DNA of 58,848 nt, filler included, from Sphacelaria rigidula (taxonomy: Eukaryota): the NCBI GenBank assembly GCA_964200075.2. It is 7 parts of 7 records of this genome, joined end to end, with 100 filler letters (N's around TTAATTAATTAA, not from the genome) between each part and the next. Parts side by side here need not be neighbours in the genome. Positions count along the whole stretch, not along the records: positions 8,423 to 16,743 come from CAXNAA020011527.1; positions 16,844 to 25,164 come from CAXNAA020011528.1; 5 more parts are not named here. One strand, written 5' to 3'. Made by a program: the position numbers and the translations under genes. The notes under the pieces are model-generated. The model was not told the origin of the DNA. It was given only the letters and a program-made list of their open reading frames with translations, and did no database searches. Shown here piece by piece: positions 11,300-23,573 of the stretch (position 1 is its first letter; each line of letters starts with the position of its first letter).

Positions 11300-12289
11300 G
11301 GCAAGCTGTGAACTCTCCGCCGCTTTCGTGTCGAGGGTTGTTGGCTGCGTGTGGGACGACACCGCTTTAGACCCCTCTTTCTTCAAGGACGCGACAGTCA
11401 TGCTTACGCCGCCGTTTCAATCGGGCAAGCACCTGGACCTGCTGCAGCTGGTTGCGGGCGACGACAGTGGGCTGCCCGCCAGCAGCAAAGCGACAGTTCC
11501 AACGCCAGCGGGTGTGTGTCTCGTAAGCGCGCGGACACTCGGACAGCGATTCGCGCCCGGACGATCAAGGCGGCGGGGCTATCGGAGATGAGCAGACGTG
11601 AGGATACCGATGAGGCGCGAGAGGCCAAGCGCCTGAATATGATTGTGACCTAGCTGAGCAACGCTTCGAAAAGCATCAACGAGGACGAGTGGGGGATGTT
11701 CGCCAACGAAGCTGCAGAGGCGAGGGGAGAGGATGAGCTATCTCCCGAAGAGAGAGTTGGGAAGTCTGTAAATGATGAGATCGCGCGGTTCCGGAATCTC
11801 AGCGTGAAGCCTTCTGGTACACCCCTGCGGGAGGCCCTCAGGTACTGGGTGCGCCAGGGGAAGATTCGCTTCAGACTCTTGCGCAGTGTAGCGCAGCAGA
11901 CGTTCGGTAACCGAGCTTCTGCAGGACAGATCGAGCGTGACTTCGGTGGCGCGGGGCAGCATTTATCGAGCCGGAGAAGCCGCCTCAATGGTTTCCACGT
12001 TGACATGTTGCTGTTCCTTCACCTCAACCTCGCCAAGGTATCGGCAGCGGTGCCTGCTTTCACTACCGCATCAATACCATCATTCATCCTCAAGCGCTTC
12101 ACTGGGGTAGATCCTGAGCTGTGCGAGGCAAACGACTCCATCGATTCCATCGGCGCAGCGACCCCAATGGACATGAAGGACGACCCCGATCATCTTTATG
12201 AGGGAGAAAACGAGAGCCAGGGCGCGAATGGCAGCTGGTGCGCCGTGCGACATGTCTGCGCCCATATGCTATTGGAGCAATGCGAATAG
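11300..12289 (+). pseudogene. Decayed hAT transposase, C-terminal dimerisation domain
   Basis: ORF 11696-12289 contains LRYW...RFRLLRSVAQQTFGNRASAGQIERDFGGAG..LSSRRSRL....VDMLLFLHLN, the hATC pattern. Upstream sequence is broken by a stop (11651) and frameshifts. Confidence 0.85.
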
Positions 12290-13109
12290 CATGTTATTCG
12301 GCTGAGTTTTGTTTTCATTACATGCGTGAAATACGTGGGACTCTTCTCCCTTGCTGCTGTCGGATTTTCTTCATGATTTCTCCTTTTTTTTTATACCCTC
12401 CGCCCTGACCACTAGCTGGATTTGTTGCAATCAGCTGACAGGGTTAGACACCCAATCCACGGATCGATGATGGGTACCGCGTGGCCACTTTCATGGTTGT
12501 TGATGCGGGTGCAGAGACTGAAGCACTCTGAAAATAGAGCAGCAGTGTGTGCAGAGTTGAAATTGAATGATTCGATTTTCATTTCGAGGGGCGTAGGGCC
12601 GTAATTCCTGGCTCCAACGTGTTTCAGCAGTACGTAAGAGCAGGTGCAGTAGTACGCAAGCGTAGGGTTTGCCTATCTATCTAGTTACATTTTTTTAATT
12701 AGAGCACCCGGCAATTGCGCAGTATTAACGGTGTATAAATATAAACATAAATATGCAAGGATATTAAATTGGTATTTTCGCACCTTGTTGTGTAATTGGT
12801 ATGCCTCCTGCGACCCCTCGTTTTTTTTGTTTTTCATCATTTTCGATTTTTTCTGCCGGTTTGCTTGCACGTACGATACTCTTGTGTACGATGCTCATCT
12901 TCGACACGAAAAAATGTATGCTTTCGTAACGATGATATAATATCTATATTCACACACCGAAAACATCAGACTCTATAATAATAAGCTCATTCGATTTGAT
13001 CCGAACACGAACATCAGGGGGAATCTGAGTACTAAGTACTTGTGAAAACAATACGTACCTGCTCCGACAGCTTCGGCGTTTGCGTGAGTTAGTGACACCT
13101 GCTGCATCG

Positions 13110-13515
13110 TAGGGAGTGCATCGCGTTCGGTATTTACTGTGTATACCCCCGGTATTCACGGGGGTATCCCGTAACGTGTTATGCGTAGGTATCGAAGGTA
13201 TGGCATTCAAAAATACGATAATACCGGATTTGGCGGGTACAGAAGGTATTGAAATCTGGAAATACCGTGGTATCGTAGGTATCGTAGATATGACATTTGA
13301 AACTACCGGATTTAGCGGGTACGGTAGGTATTGAGATCTCGAAATATCTTGGTATCGTAGGTATCGTAGGTATACCATTTGACAATACCGGATTTGGCGG
13401 GTACGGTAGGTACTAAAATATCGAAATACCGTGGTATGGCAAGTATCGTGGGTATGACACTTGAAAGTACCCGATGGGGGAGGTATTGGTAGGGTATGAG
13501 ATGTTCCAAATACAG
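13110..13515. mobile_element. Non-autonomous element with an 82-bp tandem array of GGTATCGTAGGTAT motifs (hAT-like subterminal repeats)
   Basis: The unit anchor ATACCGGATTTGGCGGGTAC recurs at 13221, 13303 and 13385. Starts TAGGG. A related inverted copy lies at 50330-50427. Confidence 0.6.
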
Positions 13516-14494
13516 TTGCGGCCCGCACTTAAGAACCTGGAAGTCAAGAAATCGAGGGTTCGATTTTCACGAAACTTGAGAACTTGAATCCCACCTACGC
13601 TAAAACCCATATAGTAGCAATGATAACCACTATCACTGGTGTTCGCCAATGTGGAAGTCGTGAGACTCCCGATGACGGTAGAAACCGTCGAGGGTGGCCG
13701 ATGATTTCCCTTGGGTTATGTAGTCAAGGATTGACCGTAAGTCGTGGGGTTGAGGCAAAGTGGATCACTCGGGATAACTCGACGAGCGCGAGCGAGTTAG
13801 CCCGATGACGAAGTCTGAGAGTCTTGGTCAAGAGTGATCCCCAGGGATAGCCAGCAGTTTGCTGGGAAGATCCCTGTTACCTTGGGGTCCCAGATCCGGC
13901 TATACATATATGGAAGTTACGGGGCTCCTGCGAACTTACCCCTGTAACAGCCGTTCACTAGGTTACACGTCATGAAAGGAAATCTCTCCGCACATGCCCA
14001 AATGGCGATCTCCACACCACAAAGGAAATAAGAACTCCCAGGGTTGCGCAAAGTAGGAGGTTCTTAACTGCAGGCCGCAACTGTTGTACCGGTACCGGGT
14101 ACCTTGCCTACGGTGTCTGTGGAACTCTACTCGCGCAAGGTCCTCTGCACTCGCAATACCGGCTGTGCCATCATGTACTGTACTGATGTAGTGTACTGAA
14201 CTGTAATACCCTAGGATACCAAGATCTTGAGCGGCGCAGTACGCGAAGGATTGCTTATCGCCTGCCTGCTCTTCGGCTTCATTGACGATTAACAGTACCG
14301 TACGCAGTGCCACACTCGTGCAGAAACTGAACGTCTGTGTACAGAACCATTTCACAAATCTGTGATACTGTTGTTGATCTGTCTGTACCATGAAAAGGTC
14401 ACCCCGATTTTGAGTCCACGAATTTGAGTCCCCTCTCCCCCGATTTTTTCAAAATCGGGGTCCCAAGGAATGGAGATTCGTTGCCATAGAAGTG

Positions 14495-15090
14495 GGTCTT
14501 ATCTACGACAGATTTAATCAAATAATATCACCTAAATGTATCCTGGTTCATCATCTTGCGTAATGTTCCCGCGCGATATGACAAGGAATGTATGCCTAAT
14601 CGAATGCGAGTGTAACTTCCTGCCCCTCCCTGGATCAGTACTCCCAAGGAGAAGCTTCGTGAGCTTCGGTCGCCCTCACCTTTGCAGATCTTCCAGCTGG
14701 GGAGCTGATTCCAATTCCTCACCCTCACAGTCTTCCCTACGCCTTGACTTTGCCGTCCTCTCTAGCAGGATTTACCTGTCATTCTGGATATACAGCACGG
14801 CGGTAGTTGTGTGCTGCGCTCGATTTAGTGTCACGTTTTACAACACCCCTTATAAACAAGACCCAGCGGATTCAAAGAAGTCGGCAAAGCACAAAAACAG
14901 TTGATACACAGAAAGTTATGCTGTAAATGCCATCTAGCTTAATTTCATCTCGGATAGCACAAGTACAAGAGATGAATACCCCTTTCAGAACGGGTCACAG
15001 ACGTGACGAGATTCAACGAAATTTGAAATGTGATATCTATACAAGCCAAAACGTCATATTCCAATTCTCATTAGACATTGTCAGGAGCGT
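14495..15090 (+). repeat. Left arm of a ~600-bp diverged inverted repeat pair
   Basis: Colinear reverse-complement alignment with 15505-16109. Confidence 0.85.
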
Positions 15091-15129
15091 CCAACCGAAC
15101 AGCTCCTGACAATGTCTAATCTTGGTCTA

Positions 15130-15140
<11 letters not shown>

Positions 15141-15164
<24 letters not shown>

Positions 15165-15250
15165 CTTCATATTAAAAATTCGTTCCGGTATCTGCGTAGT
15201 ACTGTACCGGGCATCTGACTCGGACGTCTTCCGTGGTCACAAGCTACCAC
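15141..15250 (-). mobile_element. Family G (CAA)n-tailed retroelement end
   Basis: (GTT)n run followed by the reverse complement of 1-60. Confidence 0.65.
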
Positions 15251-15504
15251 CCGATGTTGGGGTAAAAGGAAAATCAGGAAATAAAATCGGACCCACGAAA
15301 AATTCACACAGACGTGATACAAGAAAAACAAAACAGAACGAAACAAAACAAAACAAGACAAGACAAAAAATGTGAAGAGAAAAAGAAGAAAGAAGAAACC
15401 TATCCTTGGACCCCTGAGAGGACAGCTATGCGTATGCATAAACGAGCACAAACTTGGCATGAACCTTGCATGAATTAACAAGCATTGACTAGGCAAACCA
15501 GAAA

Positions 15505-16109
15505 TGATGCTACATGACACTCCCATGAGAATTGGAATATGATCGTTGGCTTGTATAGATGTCACATTTCAAATTTCGTTGAACCTCGGCACATGTCACA
15601 TCTCTGACCTGTTTTGAAAGGAGTATTCATCACTGGTCCTTGTGCTGTCCTGAGTGAAATGAAGCCATATAATATTCACCACACAATTTCTTTGTTTCGA
15701 CTATGTTTTGTGGTTTGTTCACTTCTTGAATCCGTTGGGTCTTGTTTATAGGGGTGTTGAAAAACGTGACACTAAATTGAGCACAGCACCCAACTACCGC
15801 TGTGCTGTATATCCAGAAGGACAGGCAGAGCCTGTTAGGGAGGGCAGCAAAGTCAAGGCGTGGGGAAGACTGTGAGGGTGGGGAATTCGAGTCAGCTTCC
15901 CAGCTGGAACAGCTGCTGAGGTGAGGGCAGTCGAAGTTCCTGAAGCTTCTCCTTGGGGTACTGATCCAGGGAGTGGCGAGAGTTACATCCGCATGCGATG
16001 AGTCGTACACTCCTCCTTGTTTCGCGTGCGAACAAGATGTACAGCAGGAATATGAACCAGGATGGTACTTCGTTGATCTCATTTGATGTAATATGTCGCA
16101 AGTAAGGCC
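15505..16109 (-). repeat. Right arm of the ~600-bp inverted repeat pair
   Basis: Reverse complement of 14495-15090. The ORF track shows the paralogous peptides SSxRLDFAxL and LSFWIYSTAVV on opposite strands. Confidence 0.85.
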
Positions 16110-16130
16110 GTCTCCTAGGCCCTATCACAA

Positions 16131-16297
16131 CAAATCATTTTCGCCCCGAAAACTTACGGTGGAATCGAATTTGCTCGTACCTGAGACGTCCACGGCATTC
16201 ATGTTCTCAACCATGTGAGAAAATTACGAGCGTGGACGAATCAGAAGCGAGCGAATTCGATTCGACCGCACGTTTTCGATACGAACACAATTTGATT
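16131..16297. mobile_element. Small hairpin MITE-like element
   Basis: CGAAAACTTACGGTGGAATCGAATTTGCTCG..GTCCACG pairs imperfectly with CGTGGACG..CGAGCGAATTCGATTCGACCGCACGTTTTCG. Confidence 0.55.
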
Positions 16298-16419
16298 AGA
16301 CACGGTCTTATGTAAAAAAATCGCCTCGAACGAGTTCGTGCGGCGGAACTTATTCAGTTCGCTTGGCTAAGTTTGGGTCCGAGCGAATTTCACACCCTGG
16401 ACAATGGACACAATAATAG

Positions 16420-16743
16420 TTCATTGCTTCAGCAATAGACATGGGGAAAAATCTATCGACATATATTATCGAACACGATAGATGGTGAAACACATCCATT
16501 GATATGCATTGCAAGGAACAGTAGATATTGCAATAGTCGATCGATAGCCTATGGCAATTACAATAGACGAAGATCACTCGCCACCGATGGAAACGGTGTA
16601 CCGCAATAGATTCTGGGTTGTATATATCGATAGCCATTGCCGTAATCAATGGGTTTGGTGAGCCATCCATCGATAGTCATTGTCGTTATCAAAAGGTTTG
16701 GTGAGCCATCCATCGATAGCCATTGCCGTCATCAATAGATGAA
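16420..16743. repeat. ATCGATAG-rich degenerate tandem repeat (~43-bp unit near the contig end)
   Basis: ATCGATAG(C/T)CATTG(C/T)CGT.ATCAA occurs three times, twice followed by GGTTTGGTGAGCCATCC. Confidence 0.75.
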
Positions 16744-16843
16744 NNNNNNNNNNNNNNNNNNNNNNNNNNNNNNNNNNNNNNNNNNNNTTAATTAATTAAN
16801 NNNNNNNNNNNNNNNNNNNNNNNNNNNNNNNNNNNNNNNNNNN
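16744..16843. other. Artificial contig spacer
   Basis: 100 nt N/TTAATTAATTAA/N. Confidence 0.98.
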
Positions 16844-17074
16844 GTACGCGCCTTTCATTTTGGTTTCGCGGAATGGGTTATGACTATCAGCACTCCCGCA
16901 CCGCGTCAACTCACGTGACACAAACCCAGTCGACTACTTGTTCACTCACGTTCTCGCGCTTTCCACGGTGGAAGTCATACGTAACAAAGAAAAAACCAAA
17001 CGCATCGGGAATCGAACCCCCGTTCTCTCCACGCTAATGGCGACAGTCGGGCAATTATACCACCGGGGCGCGGC
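16844..17074 (-). mobile_element. SINE family A, truncated by the contig edge
   Basis: Reverse complement aligns with 10329-10549, including the B-box and the TTCCACCGTGGAA palindrome. Confidence 0.8.
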
Positions 17075-17402
17075 AAACAGTTCGACCGGTAGATCAGGGC
17101 AAACAGTCGTGCCACGTTTCCGTGTGAAGACCCTTTCCCGTAGTGATTTCAAGACAAGGGAGTTCGGGACTTTGGGGGGAAGACGGATCGTTTCGAAAAT
17201 GACACAAGTGTATGCGCACATGTGAACACAGACACATACCCACACACGAGTTACGCTTGCGGCCTCAAGTTCTATCGTTACACATACCTGCTTTGGTCGA
17301 GACTCAGAGGCATACCCTGACCCAAACTCCGAGCCGAGGCATGCCGAAAGCCCTCGGTTAAAGGGGGGTGCAAGGGACGCGCTAGGCAAGATGCACGTCG
17401 GA

Positions 17403-17545
17403 ATGCGTCATACGTCATACTGTCATGCGCGATGTGTCATGCGCCATGCGTCGTACGCCATACGCCAGACCTTCTCATGCGCCATACACTATACGCTGTA
17501 CGTCATATATCATGCGCCATACGTCATACTTCACACCTCATGAGC
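17403..17545. repeat. Degenerate 7-bp minisatellite, (G[CT]CAT[AG]C)n
   Basis: GTCATAC, GCCATGC and GCCATAC units in tandem. Confidence 0.75.
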
Positions 17546-17584
17546 CATCCTTAATACTCCATATCTTGTTGTTGTTGTTGGGTA

Positions 17585-17720
17585 GTTAGCCTGTGACCAT
17601 GCAATGCGTCCGCATCAGACGCCCAGTGCGAAAAGAAGTAAGAGCTACCGCGCAGACATCGAAATGTTTTATGATGTGAAGACGCCGACGCCGACGCCGC
17701 CGACGCCGACAACAACAGCA
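17585..17720 (+). mobile_element. Family G retroelement end with a GACGCC/CAA tail
   Basis: TGTGACCA..CGTCCG..TCAGA.GCCC.GT...TACCGCGCAGA...ATGTGAAGAC followed by the tail. Confidence 0.6.
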
Positions 17721-20700
17721 AGTTTGAGTGTACTGCATCAATCCTTGGCGATTCGTAGGCCTGCCGGTCTCAAGTACTTGGCAGTCATTTGAGCGATGGT
17801 CCTCCAGATACGTCGCGTCAGTTTTCTTTCAGGCGGTATTTGAGTTATAACCCAATCGGTGGCGATCTTCACACATACAGTGGCGAGAGCACGCACACAA
17901 AATAATAATGATCTATTAGTGCATTGCCAATGTTGAGACCACCTCGTGCCACTAAACGTACACAAAATACTGATCTGCAATCGTTGAGACTTCCTGCCCG
18001 AATGGTGTGGTAGGCCTCAGATGGCTGGATCGCGACCTTCCTCCTCACCCTTGATTTATTTTGTCTATTGTGATGTGGCTTTGTATGGTCCCCTTGTCTG
18101 GATCCATGCGGCAGGGGCCTGCTGTTTTTTTTTTTCTTATGGTATCCGTGTCTCTAGGTTTGTGGATGTAGGGGCTGCCGTAGAAACAGCGTGGAACGTA
18201 CGCCTTTTCTGTACGATGAACGTACACCCGCTCCCACGCTGTGAGATGGTTGTATCGCGGCTCCATTGTTGTTGTCTTCGCCTGCCATGCACTGCACACG
18301 TGGATAGATAGCACCCTGTAGAACGTGCTGCACAGGCTTCTCCACCGTCTTTGTGAGAACCCATGCACGGCATTTGGAAACCCTAGTACCTCTACCAGCG
18401 TTTTGTATAGCGTTCTCCTCGACACACTGTCAGCAACCCTGTGAAGAGGCACTCCCAATTTGTAGAATTATTTATTTAGAGAAGCAGGTCGAAATGAATC
18501 CTCTTTTTGCCCCATTGGGCAAAATAAATATCGAGCAGCTTCTTGTGCTGTACAAATCTCATACACACTGGCAGATTTTGAATTTGAACAGGAGAAGCTG
18601 CTCGAAATAAATACTCACTTTGCCCGCCAATTCATCGAGAAATTGGGCAAAAAGAGAACATATTGCGAACAGCGTCAGCTGTGCAAATCCCACATACTGC
18701 ACCGTAATCAGGGGATGGGATTCGAGATGCAGCAAAAATGATTGAAAACACATCATCCTCTTGCACCCAAATTCGTATTTCAATTGGGCTGAAGAATATA
18801 ATTCCCAACAGCTTTCGCCGTATACAAATCCCACACACTGCTCACGACTGTATGTCCACACGCCTGTGCTCCGAAGCGATGCTTCAGCTGCAGTCATGGT
18901 AATGATCGAACGTCGTTGTATACCTCGCACATCTATCCACAAAGCTCGTGAAAGCCGGGTCGTCCAATGTCTACCAAAACAAACCGAATGGTTTGTCAGA
19001 TCAAAAACGCCAAATTATCTCATCGCGGTTTATATACTACATAGAGCTACATATATACTTTGCAATGGGGATATATAATCACAACAATAAATTGTATACT
19101 GGAGTTGACATGCAATGCCATGCAGGACAGTGCCATACCGTGCTTATACGTCAGGTGCTATATACTGCAGAGTGAGCGCGGCATATGCGCCACGTATGGC
19201 TATGCAATGTGGATGCTGCAGCTTATTTTTTATATATGAGGGTGTTATATACCGTCAGGAATAAGTACAGTTCACACGCGCACGCATATGCGCATAACTG
19301 CAGCACGCAGTAAGTAGGACGTGAAAAGGAAGCGGGGAAAGCACAGTACAGACAGCGCAGGACTATATCTGTTATCTCCCCATACTTGGAAGTGAAAATG
19401 ACTTGAACAACGTGCAGCTTTGTACTGCCTGCCCATGTATCAACTGTAGTGAGTGAGTGAAAATGATATATATTCCCCGCGGGGCTACTATATACCCCGC
19501 GGGGTTCGATCCGTCGCAGTGCGATGCCGCGATCATGAAAGAAGATGCTCAAGTTTCCATGCACCAATAAGAAATACATCATACCCAACCACGGCAGTGT
19601 GTATATATATCCCTGTGCCCAACTCGTGCTCTTTGCTACAGTAGGATTGTGCGGTAGCTGAGAACAAGTGTTGTTGCATGGCGCGGGTTATATATAAATT
19701 CTCAATCGCATATGGTTCGATCAATCTGCTCATCTCGGGTCGTGGTCTATACTATAATATGCAACAAGATTGCTGGGGTCCCAATAAAAATCAAACTCCA
19801 GAGGTGAAATCACACCCTGCATGGAGAGTATTTTTCCCCCGAATTTTTACGTGCTCAGCGAAACCATGCTTCCGTTTATGGACGTTTTTGCTTGATATCC
19901 ATTAGAAGCACAACAATACGTTACAGGTTAACAACGAATCGTAGGTTGTTCAATGTTCAGTTCCATGATGTCTCGGCCACAAAAATACGAGTTCAGTATC
20001 CACCCCTGTCATATTCCGACCGTTTTTTTCTGCCAGTACCGTGCCCGCGCTGTGAGGCGGAGTATATTGTATGTGGGTCAAAATGCTGTGCAGCGTATGA
20101 ACAACAACGAACAGTACACGGGATGACGAAACCCTGTGAAGCGTACTGTGTGGCGCAAAAAAATACCCTTCGGCCAAATCCCCGCGAGAAACACTGCACA
20201 GTTTCCCTGGAACCCGGTAGACGTGCCCCAAAGGGTGCTACCTGTCCACGTGTGTGCGTATCATTTGTAATTTGCTACACATTCCATGAATTACAACGCC
20301 TAACAGATCGTCTCCATTAATGTATTCATTTGGTCCGTGGATCGCCCATCAATCGGTTCTTGTTTGTCGAAGCTCGTTTGAAAGTTTGGGTTGAGTAGTC
20401 TAGTTGTTGTATGTTTTCTGGGGAAGCATGGTATACTCAAACTGCGGCTCTTTCTACGGTACGGGAAAATGTAGTTTGCAAGGTAAACGACACTTTCGAA
20501 TATATATATATATATATATATATACGTTGGGTACGTGCGCTTTGAAAACGTCAGTCTTACTGAACGCAAGCAACGCGTCAATCATATGCATGGAGAGATC
20601 ACTAGTTTTCGCGATAACCGCAGGCAGTAGTAGGCAGGGTAGTGCCAGACGAAATGGAAGTCACACGTTCAAAACGTTCGCGCAGCGCATTTTGACCTAG

Positions 20701-20854
20701 CTTCAACCCAACGTAGAAAAATGCTGTTGAGTTAGTTTGTGTGTCTCCAACGCCTGCATGCCAGGTTTTCCCCACCAATTGCATTCGTTCTATAGTATTC
20801 CAGCACATATAATAGACATGTCCTCACGCAGGCCGTATGAGTTATAGAGGACTA

Positions 20855-21883
20855 CGAGCTGGGCCAGCAGTAAATCCCGCATTTGCATGTCACACCAAAA
20901 CTTATCAAGTTTACCAAATCAGCCCGACTTGAGTATATCGGTGTGACCTGCAAACCAACCTGGTAACGCGCGGCACCGCCGCTGAAGGAAGAAGCAACAT
21001 GAAGAAAAGAGGACCGCATAAAACCTGGAGTCTCCTGTATCGCTTGGACTAAATTGGCGCAGCGGTTTCACACAAAACGTGCCCTGCTGCGCCCAATTTT
21101 TATGCATTTTTGGCCGAAATGGCACCCGGATCTCCTCCACACAAGTACGCACAGCAACCCGAGGGATGCCGACGTATTTATTCATTTTCACGGAGTTTTT
21201 AGGCCACTCCTTATAATAACAGGCAAAAGTAATAATCTGCAAAAGTGCCTCTTTGGAGCTTTTACGTCGTTCTGCGCCCCAAAAGAGAGCTAGGCGTAGT
21301 ATTTCACCGCAGAATGACTTGCTCCACTAGTTGAGGCGGTTCCAGGACATCTTCCCGTTTTCCGATGGCCGCAGTTTTCATTTTGGCCAAAGGAGAATTT
21401 TTGTCCAAGAACGATAAAAAACAGTCAAATCTAGAATCGCCACTTTTCCCTGGACTTGACAGTTTTTTACCGTCCTCGGACAAAAATTCTTGTTCGGCCG
21501 AAATGAAAACTGCGGCCACCGGAAAACGGGAAGATGTCCTGGAATCGCTAAACTTGTAGATCAAGTCATTCCAAGGTGTCAAGCTCCGCCTAGCTCTTTT
21601 TTGGGACGTAAAACGACGTATAAGCGCCGCAAAGGCACTTTTCCGGATTTTTATTCTTGTCTGTTATAAGGAGCGGCCTTGTTGCGTTTTTCCACTTTTT
21701 GCAGAATCTTCAAATCGCTCTAACTTTCCTTTATTTTTCATTTACATTTTCCGCTGCATCCTCCGGAAGGTTGTGCGTGTTGATGATCAAAATGTCGTGT
21801 CGGAGTTTCAGCGCCTAACTTCTCCAAGTACCGACAACCGGGCTCGCGAACATTCAAAAGTCACTATCAGCTGACCCAGCTCG
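20855..21883. mobile_element. MITE family F with TA target-site duplication, containing a nested foldback element
   Basis: TA-CGAGCTGGGCCAGC ... GCTGACCCAGCTCG-TA. Homologous to 6825-7421 apart from the insert. Confidence 0.8.
21202..21678. mobile_element. Foldback MITE with GGCC termini (PIF/Harbinger Tourist-like)
   Basis: Almost fully palindromic 477 bp, GGCCACTCCTTATAA...TTATAAGGAGCGGCC, with flanks TTA / TTG. Confidence 0.8.
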
Positions 21884-22033
21884 TATTCTGATCATGCGAG
21901 TTTGATGATGACGATATATATCACTGACCTTTCACTGGACTCTTATTATTTTTATCTCATCTTTCAATGCGTCCGAATTTTCTCTCCTGAACGTCACAAC
22001 AAATATCAGGAGTGCTTCTACATATACCGAGAG

Positions 22034-22720
22034 ATGGCCGAAGGCGGTGAGGATGCCGCTGAAGGCGGTGAGGACGCCGCCGACAGAAACGCTCTGGAGG
22101 GGCCAAACAAATGGCCTGGCGAGGCGCTTCTCCCAGGGTAAGCCGGGCCGTCCCCTTTGATTCAAAATCTGCTTGTACTCGACTATAACAAACCCGGTTT
22201 CTTCCAACACTTCTGTGCCATATATAACGGTACCACCGCCCGTGTATTGAAAGCGCCCCGTCTTGAAGGATACGCGAGGGGGCTATATAGATTGTCGCAT
22301 ATTTGGTGATCCCCGAAGAGGTTTAGCCGTGGTCGCAACTTAGACGCCTACACACACATATATATATATATGTATATACTTCATGCCCCTTTCTCGACCC
22401 CTTGGTGCTATGTGCCCCGCGTTCTTGGCATAATAAGTCAAAATCTATCACGGCCTCCAACGAACCGAGCTGAGCGGCATATACCACCAAGTATACGAGC
22501 AAATTGTGCCAGGATCACATGTATGGTGCTGCCTGCAGTTGCTGGCGAGTGGTCCAGCTGATGATGGTGAAGAGCGTTGATGGATGCTCCGACTACGCCG
22601 TCACACCGGGCCAGTTAGGGCGCGCAGGAGCAGTAGACAAAGATAGTTACTGTGCCTGTCGTTCATGACCTTCTGGCTATTCCCCTGATCTTCTTCGATA
22701 CTTGATTCAGTATCACAATC
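22034..22720 (+). pseudogene. Possible intron-containing 5' end of a decayed zf-BED (hAT-like) gene
   Basis: Exon 22034-22137 (GG|gtaagc) is phase-compatible with ctgcag|22539. Translation: ...LLPGCWRVVQL...YCACRS*PSGYSPDLLRYLIQYH. A minus-strand reading of 22030-22170 is also open. Confidence 0.3.
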
Positions 22721-22967
22721 GGTGCTGTAGACGTGAGGTACTTGTAACCGTGTGTAAACAACCGGCATCACGCAGCAGCATCAGCTTCCGGGGCACGCTT
22801 TGCCAGGAAAGCTTGCTCTTTTGAGGCGACCAGTGGCTTTGGGCGTAAATGTATGGTTGAATTTTTCGAACAACCTAACAATGCCATTTACGCAAACTGT
22901 AACCCCGACCCAGGGCGCACGAGATCCCGGTGCATAGGTTATCCCAGGCAAAGCGTGCAATGAATGA

Positions 22968-23160
22968 CCTCAAATCAACGCCGCAGGCGCCGATTTCGAC
23001 CAAAACACATCCTGGACGAGCTGGGTCCACTGCTTACCTGCCCCTAACCATGAAGTTTCTCAGAAATTTCTCCAATCTAAAATCAAGTAGTCATGCTGTC
23101 AGCCATAGTTTTGCGCCCAAAGCTATAGGTCTACTGACTGGATTTCGACCACTTGCCGCT
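22968..23160 (+). repeat. Dispersed repeat family E
   Basis: Aligns with 1890-2075. Confidence 0.75.
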
Positions 23161-23573
23161 TGGTCGGCCCACCCCCTGCTATTTATGTGATCGGCTAGGC
23201 TCCAGCCGAACGAGAGATGAAGAAAAAATGCCGCCGATCTGTCGTGTGCCTACACCCGGGTACGAGGCCTCCAGGCCTCAAAGGGCAAACTATCCAATGC
23301 AATACCGAATTAGCAATCGTCCACCTAATCGACCCATGTACTTTTGACCGTTTCATTGCTCCAGTCATGGATCAATCCATCATCTAACCCATCATGTGAA
23401 GAATAAATCATTCTAGAGGCGAACGACGTGATCCGCGATTATTCCTGAATTTGCCTCGGGGCAGAACTGCCACAAGTTTCAGCGACCTGAATTCCGTGAA
23501 ACGAGGTGTCCTCTCTGCTTCCAACACCCATTTCTCCAAAACAATGAAAACAAATGCTGCATAATGTATATGC

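Noticed and set aside
10944..11591. 215-aa ORF as a real gene
   Set aside because: A chimera of antisense SINE B sequence and decayed hAT sequence.
12950..13528. 192-aa ORF and overlapping ORFs as proteins
   Set aside because: They are translations of the 82-bp tandem repeat.
13650..13958. Solo LTR (TG...CA)
   Set aside because: No matching TSD and no second copy in the window.
17738..19000. Minus-strand gene in contig 3
   Set aside because: Several exon-like fragments, but no consistent phase chain or recognisable domain. Left uncalled.
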